Shown one piece after another: positions 18,701 through 24,700 of a stretch of DNA of 59,637 nucleotides. This DNA is from a virus, in IMG/VR virus record IMGVR_UViG_3300037851_000119, positions 1 through 59,637 of that record. One strand, 5' to 3'. Position 1 is the first letter of the stretch; each line of letters starts with the position of its first letter. The position numbers and the translations under genes were made by a program. The notes beneath the pieces were generated by a model. That model searched no databases. It was given only the letters and a program-made list of their open reading frames with translations, and was not told the DNA's origin.

Positions 18701-21700
18701 CGATCGCCAAGCAGGTTGACGAGGCGATCGAGTTGGGCGTGGTCATGGAGGCCCGCCGCATCGCCCAGGCCGGCAATGATGCCAAGGCGACCTATGACGC
18801 CCTGGTAGATCTGTACGACCGGCAGCCGAACCTGTCGATGAAGTCCTCGACCTCTGTTGCCAATCAGGCCTACTCGACCCCGGCGCCCCTGGCCTATCTG
18901 GCCTCCAGGCTGGCCGGCATCGACAAGGGCACGACCGTACTCGAACCAACGGCCGGCAACGGCATGCTGCTGATCGAGGCGGCTCCAGCCAAGACCGTAG
19001 CGAACGAGTTGAACGACGACAGAGCCGAGAACCTGCGGGCCATTGGTTTCAACCCGACCACCAAGAACGCTGCGACAGAGAAAATGGCGGCGGAGGTTCC
19101 GGTGCAGGCCGTGATTATGAACCCGCCTTTTGGCACGACCAAGGACGCGGCCGGCACGACGATCGAGTACACGGTTCCACACATCAAGAGCGCGGATGGA
19201 ACCTACAAGACAAACGAGGTTGATCATGCCATCGCCATGAAGAACCTCAAGCACATGAGGGAAAACGGCCGCGCAGTCCTGATCCTTGGCGGAGTAAAGG
19301 CCGAGAACGAGGCGGCCAGGAGTGATGCCTACAACAGCGGGGCAAAGCGCAAGTTCTATTGGGGCCTCTACGGCGAGTACAACGTGGTCGATCACTTCAC
19401 CGTGAACGGCGATCTATACTCGAAGCAGGGCGCCGCTTGGCCGGTCGATGTCGTTGTCATCGAGGGCAGAGGCAAGTCGGCCAGGGCCCTGCCAGCGGTT
19501 GACGTTCCTCGCATCTATAATTCGTGGGAAGACCTGAAAGGGGTACTGGATGAGCAAACTAGCAGACGAGATCGGAATCAAGCTGGAGCGACTCCTGCTC
19601 AAGGAGAAAAACCCGCATCCGACAATGGAGTATCTGGAAAGCCTGCTGGAGGAATCGGGGATCGACCCGTATCTGGAAATCAGGACGGAGAGCCCGGCCA
19701 AGTTCGCGTCGGATCTGAGCAGCATCCTGTCGGAAAACCGGGGGGCGTGGGTCAATCCGGGCAATCTGGACGAGTTCGAGACGGCGGAGGATCTGCTGGC
19801 GGCAATCCTGCCGTAGAGGCGTTCGAGGATAGCGGCCGGGATAGCGTAGTCCTAAACGAAGGAACCCAATTCGCAAAGACCGTACAGGTCGGCGAGGCGT
19901 GGTGGGTGCGCTTCCACACAACCGGAACCAAGGGCAAGCGCATCAACAAGGACGGGAAATACGTCTATACGACCGTACCTGACAACGGAGAATACCAAGA
20001 ACCGGGCATCAAGGTTCTGGCGATCGGCAAGGGCAATAACCCCAACTTCCTTGTAAGCGAGGGCGGTGTTGGCAAGGAAAATGTGCCGACAGTCGTACCT
20101 GCGTCTGACATGATGAAGATGTCCTCCACAAAAGAGGAGCAGGCCGAACACGAAAAGATCGTGGCAGAAAATGCTGCGGCAAGGGCGGCAGAAGAAGATG
20201 CCAATAGAAAGCCCGCCGAGCGCAAGACAGAGAAGGCCTCAGAGGGTCAGGTCAACTACGACCCGGTATCGAAGCAGGGCAATATTGGTACGCTTGTACC
20301 TGCAAACATGCGCGAGGCGGTCAAGTCCGCCCTGGAGAACCTGCAAGATCGCGTAGGCGACCTCGATGCCTTCGTTGCAGAACACCTCGACTACAAGAAG
20401 GAAGACCTGGGCAGCTACTTCTCTGCCGAGCAGGTTGACGCCCTGGCCCTGGCCCTGGACAACCTCGACAACGGCAAGGGCTTCATCATTGGCGACCAGA
20501 CCGGCGTTGGCAAGGGCCGGGTGAACGCTGCCATCATGAAGTGGGCGATCAAGAACGGCAAGACGCCGATCTTCGTCACAGAGAAGCCGAACCTCTACCG
20601 CGACATGCTGCGCGACATGGCCGACATCGGCATGGCCGGCAAGAGCCTTGAGCAGGCAGAAGACGGCGAGAAGATGCGCGGCGTATCAAAACTCGTCCTG
20701 ATGACGAACGCGGATCAGGACATCCCAATCGACGCCGAGGCCATGGAGTGGTTCGAGGAGATGGAGCAGGCCAAGGAGGAGGGGCTGCCTCCGCCGCCGA
20801 AGCCGAAGGAAGGCTTCATGCAAAAGGTATCCGGCCCGAAGCAGAAGGAGCGCCTGGATCGCATGGCGCAGAACGGCCGCCTGGAGGATGGCGCCAAGGT
20901 GGTATTCACGACCTACTCCCAGATCCAGACCGTCAAGGGCAACACCACCGTTCGCAACAAGTTCCTCGACACCTTCGCCAAGGGCGGCATCCTGATTCTT
21001 GACGAGTCCCACAACGCGGGCGGCAGCAGCAACGACAGAGGTGCAAAGAACGATCTCAACCGGGCCGTGCTGGTGCGTCAACTTGCAGGCGCCGCCGATG
21101 GTGTCTTCTATTCGTCGGCCACCTACGCCAAGAACCCTGCCGTGATGGATCTTTACTTCCGCACGGACATGAGCATGGCCGTCAGCAACATGAGCGAGTT
21201 GAAGGGCATCATCGAGAACGGCGGCGTCCCGATGCAGCAGATCCTCGCCAACATGCTCACCGAGGCCGGCCAGTACATGCGCCGGGAGCGTTCCTTCGAG
21301 GGCGTCGAGTACAACACCCCAACGGTCGAGGTGGCCAAGGAAATCGCCAACCAAGTATCGGACGGCATGCGGCAGATCATGGAGTTCTCTGATCTTGTAA
21401 AGGCCGTCACCAATGACATCGACGACGACATCAAGGGCGATGCAGGCAGCGCGTCAGAGGACGGGTCAACTGGCGGCGCCGGGGCGGAGTCCACTAGCTT
21501 CGCCTCCGTGATGCACAACCTGATCGGCCAATACCTGCTGGCGCTAAAGGTCGAGCCAACTATCAAGATGGCCATAGAGTCCCTGAAAGCCGGCGAGAAG
21601 CCTGTTATCACCGTGGCGAACACCATGGAGTCCCTGATCAACGAACTGGCAAAAGACCGCGGCGTTGGCATAGGCGACCCGGTGGATCTTGGCTTTGGCG

Positions 21701-24700
21701 ACCTGTTCGTGCGCTACCTTGAGAAGACCCGCGCCATCACGATCAAGGACGGATTCGGCAACAAGCAGAAGCACTACCTGACCGACGAGGAACTTGGCCC
21801 CGGTGGCGTTGCAATGTACGAGGCGATCAAGCAGTTCTCACTTGGGTCTGATTGGGGTAATACGCCGATCTCACCGATCGACAGGATCAAGGCGGAACTG
21901 GAGAGGGCTGGCTACAAGACCGGCGAGATCACGGGCCGCCAGGGTACGCTGGACTATGCCGGCAAAGACCCGATTTACCGCATGCGCGGCAACAAGGAGC
22001 GTTCCGTTGCCGGCAGAATCAAGACCATCGAGGCCTTCAACAACGGTGACATCGACGTTGTGATCCTGAACCGCGCCGGATCCACGGGCCTGTCCTTGCA
22101 TGCCAGCCCGAAGACCGGCAAGGATCTCCGGCGCCGGCACATGATCATCGCCCAGGCCGAGGCGAACATCGACACCCACATGCAGATGTTGGGCCGCGTC
22201 CACCGTACCGGGCAGGTTATTGCGCCGCGCTACTCGCAACTGGTGGCCAACGTGCCTGCCGAGAACCGCCCTGCCGCCGTCCTGGCGAAGAAGATGGCCA
22301 GCCTGAACGCCAACACCTCCGCCGCCCGGTCGTCTGTCGTGACGGCAAAGGACACCCTGGACTACATGAACGAGTATGGCGACGAGGTGATCGCCAACCT
22401 CATGTATGCCGATCAGGAACTCCACTTCAAGCTGGGCGCCCCGCTCAAGTATGACGACAGCGGCAACGGATTCGAGCCGAAGGACGCCGCCAGAAAGGTG
22501 ACTGGCCGCATCCCGCTCTTGCCACTATCTGATCAGGAGGCACTGTACGAGCAGATCGGCATCGACTACAAGGACTTCCTGGCCATGAAGGAGGCCATGG
22601 GCGAGAACAAGCTGGAGGCCAAGGTCTTCGAGTTGGAGGCGATCCCAACAGACGAGATCGAACTGACCGCCAGAGTCGGCGACAGCACATCTCCGTTCGC
22701 CGCCCCGTCAAAGGCGATCATCTACGACATCAAGCGGATCGGAAAGCCGATGACGGAGGAGGAGCGCACGAACGCGATCCTCAAGTCTCTCGGCAACAAG
22801 GACTCCTGGGGCTGGGCAGCAGACAACCTCAAGGCGATCAAGAGCGAGTACGAGGCCTTCGAGGCCGATGAACTGGCGACCATCGAGGGTCAGCGCACAA
22901 TGGAGGCTACCAAGATGCGCCTGCGCTACCAGTACAACAAGGTGGTGAACGCGATCGAGGAATTCGGCCCAAGCGCCCCGTTTGAACTGATCGATGCGAA
23001 GGGTATGGTCTTCTACGGCGAGGTGCTTGGTCTTGAGCGCAAGGGCAAGGCAAAGAACCCGGCAGCGACCGGGACTTGGAAGATAAGGTTGGCCCTGGCT
23101 GATTCCGCCCGCTCGATCACCATCCCCCTGTCCAAGATCACCTTCGAGGACAAGAAGGAGGCCGGCAAGAGCAGGCTCAAGCTATCTGACAAGCGCACCG
23201 TCGATGACGCTTTCGCTCGCATGCAGGGCGTCTCCCGCGAGAACAGGGTGATCCTTGAGGGCAACCTTGTTGCCGCGTTCAGCACCTTCCCTGGCGGCCA
23301 GATCATCTACTTCAACGGGAACGATGGCCATCTGCGCCAGGGCATCCTGATGCCGCGCAACTTCAACCTCAAGAAGGCCGTGGCCAAGAAGGCCGAGGTG
23401 CTGCGTACACCGGATGAGGCTGTCTCCTTCCTCAAGAAGGATCAGATGAAGCACATGCTGATTGATGACGCCGCCAGCGGCCAGATCGGCTATGTCCGTG
23501 ATCCTCGCTACCGCACCTGGGGCTGGCAGATCTCCGTGCCGTCGAGCAAGAAGTCTGGCGCCAAGTGGTTCCTGAATCAGGACATCCTCACCGCGCTGGG
23601 CGTTGACTTCTTCAAGAGTGGTAGCCGGATGGTTGCCTCTTTCGATGAGTCGCAACTGCCCGCCGTGGTGGCCGCTGTCTATAAGCAGGAGCGCCTGAAA
23701 GGGGTCAACCGCTCCGCCCAGGAGAGTTCCCGCCCGAACGCCGTCAGCGCAGACATGACGGCCAAGGACGTTCGCCGGGCCCTGGATGATCACTTCGGCC
23801 GCGGCATAATCCAATCCATGATCAACGGCGGCATCCTCCAGATCGTTGATCGGATCGACCAACTACCCGAGCATCTTGCCAAGATGTACAAGGGTCGCAC
23901 CGATGTCGATGGCCTCTATGACCCGTATGCCGAGCGCGGCTGGATCATCGCCGAGAACAGCACTCCTGACACCGTTGCCAAGACCCTGATCCATGAGATC
24001 GGCGAACACTACGGCCTGGAGCGCATGCTTGGGCCGGATGAGTACACGCGCATCCTGAACACGGTTCGCTCGATGCACGTTGCCGGGAACCCCGTGGTCA
24101 AAGCCGCCTGGAAGGAGGTCAAGGACTACTATACCCGCGAGGAGGGTAGCCGAGAGTTCCTGCGCGAGGTGCTGGCCAAGGTGGCAGAGCGGGCCGCAGA
24201 CAAGCCGATCGGCGTCCTTGAGCGGATCTACCGGGCCGTGAAGAAGTGGCTGGCCGACAATGGCTGGACGCAACTGAACGACCGCGATCTGCAAGCCCTG
24301 GTGATGGCCTCTCTCCGCAAGTCAACATCTGACGTTCGCACCCTTGTAATCCGCGGCGGCGAGGTCGTGGCTTCGAGCCGAAGCATCCGCGATCGCCTCG
24401 CCTGGGATCAGCAGAACGAAGACAAGAATGGCCCCGTGTTCGAGGCCCCTGACTTCAAGATTATCTCGACCCGTGAACTGTCCACGACCGACGACTTCCA
24501 GCGTGATGGGCTGGCCTTCGGCCATGCGGCCCATGTCCGTGCCGGCAACAAGGCCTACCGCATGGAGATCCTGACGAATGACGGGCGCCGGATCGGCGGC
24601 ATGGACGCGGAGGTGAACGCATTTGGCGAGATCTCGGCCATCCATGACATCGAGTTCAACCGCTACGAGCGCGGCAAAGGGTGGGGTAAAAAGGTGGTGT

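Noticed and set aside
16474-19395. Long antisense ORFs inside the giant gene (for example 16474-17736 at 420 aa and 17926-19395 at 489 aa). Similar shadow ORFs lie opposite other genes (31790-33307, 53766-55022, 58578-59615).
   Set aside because: These are typical stop-poor shadow frames of GC-rich coding DNA. The translations are R/G/L/V/H-rich with no SD-led start and no recognisable motifs.
23985-24005. TLIHEIGEHYG in the giant protein as a zincin metalloprotease motif.
   Set aside because: The spacing is HExxxH, not the canonical HExxH, and I see no third ligand I can trust by eye.
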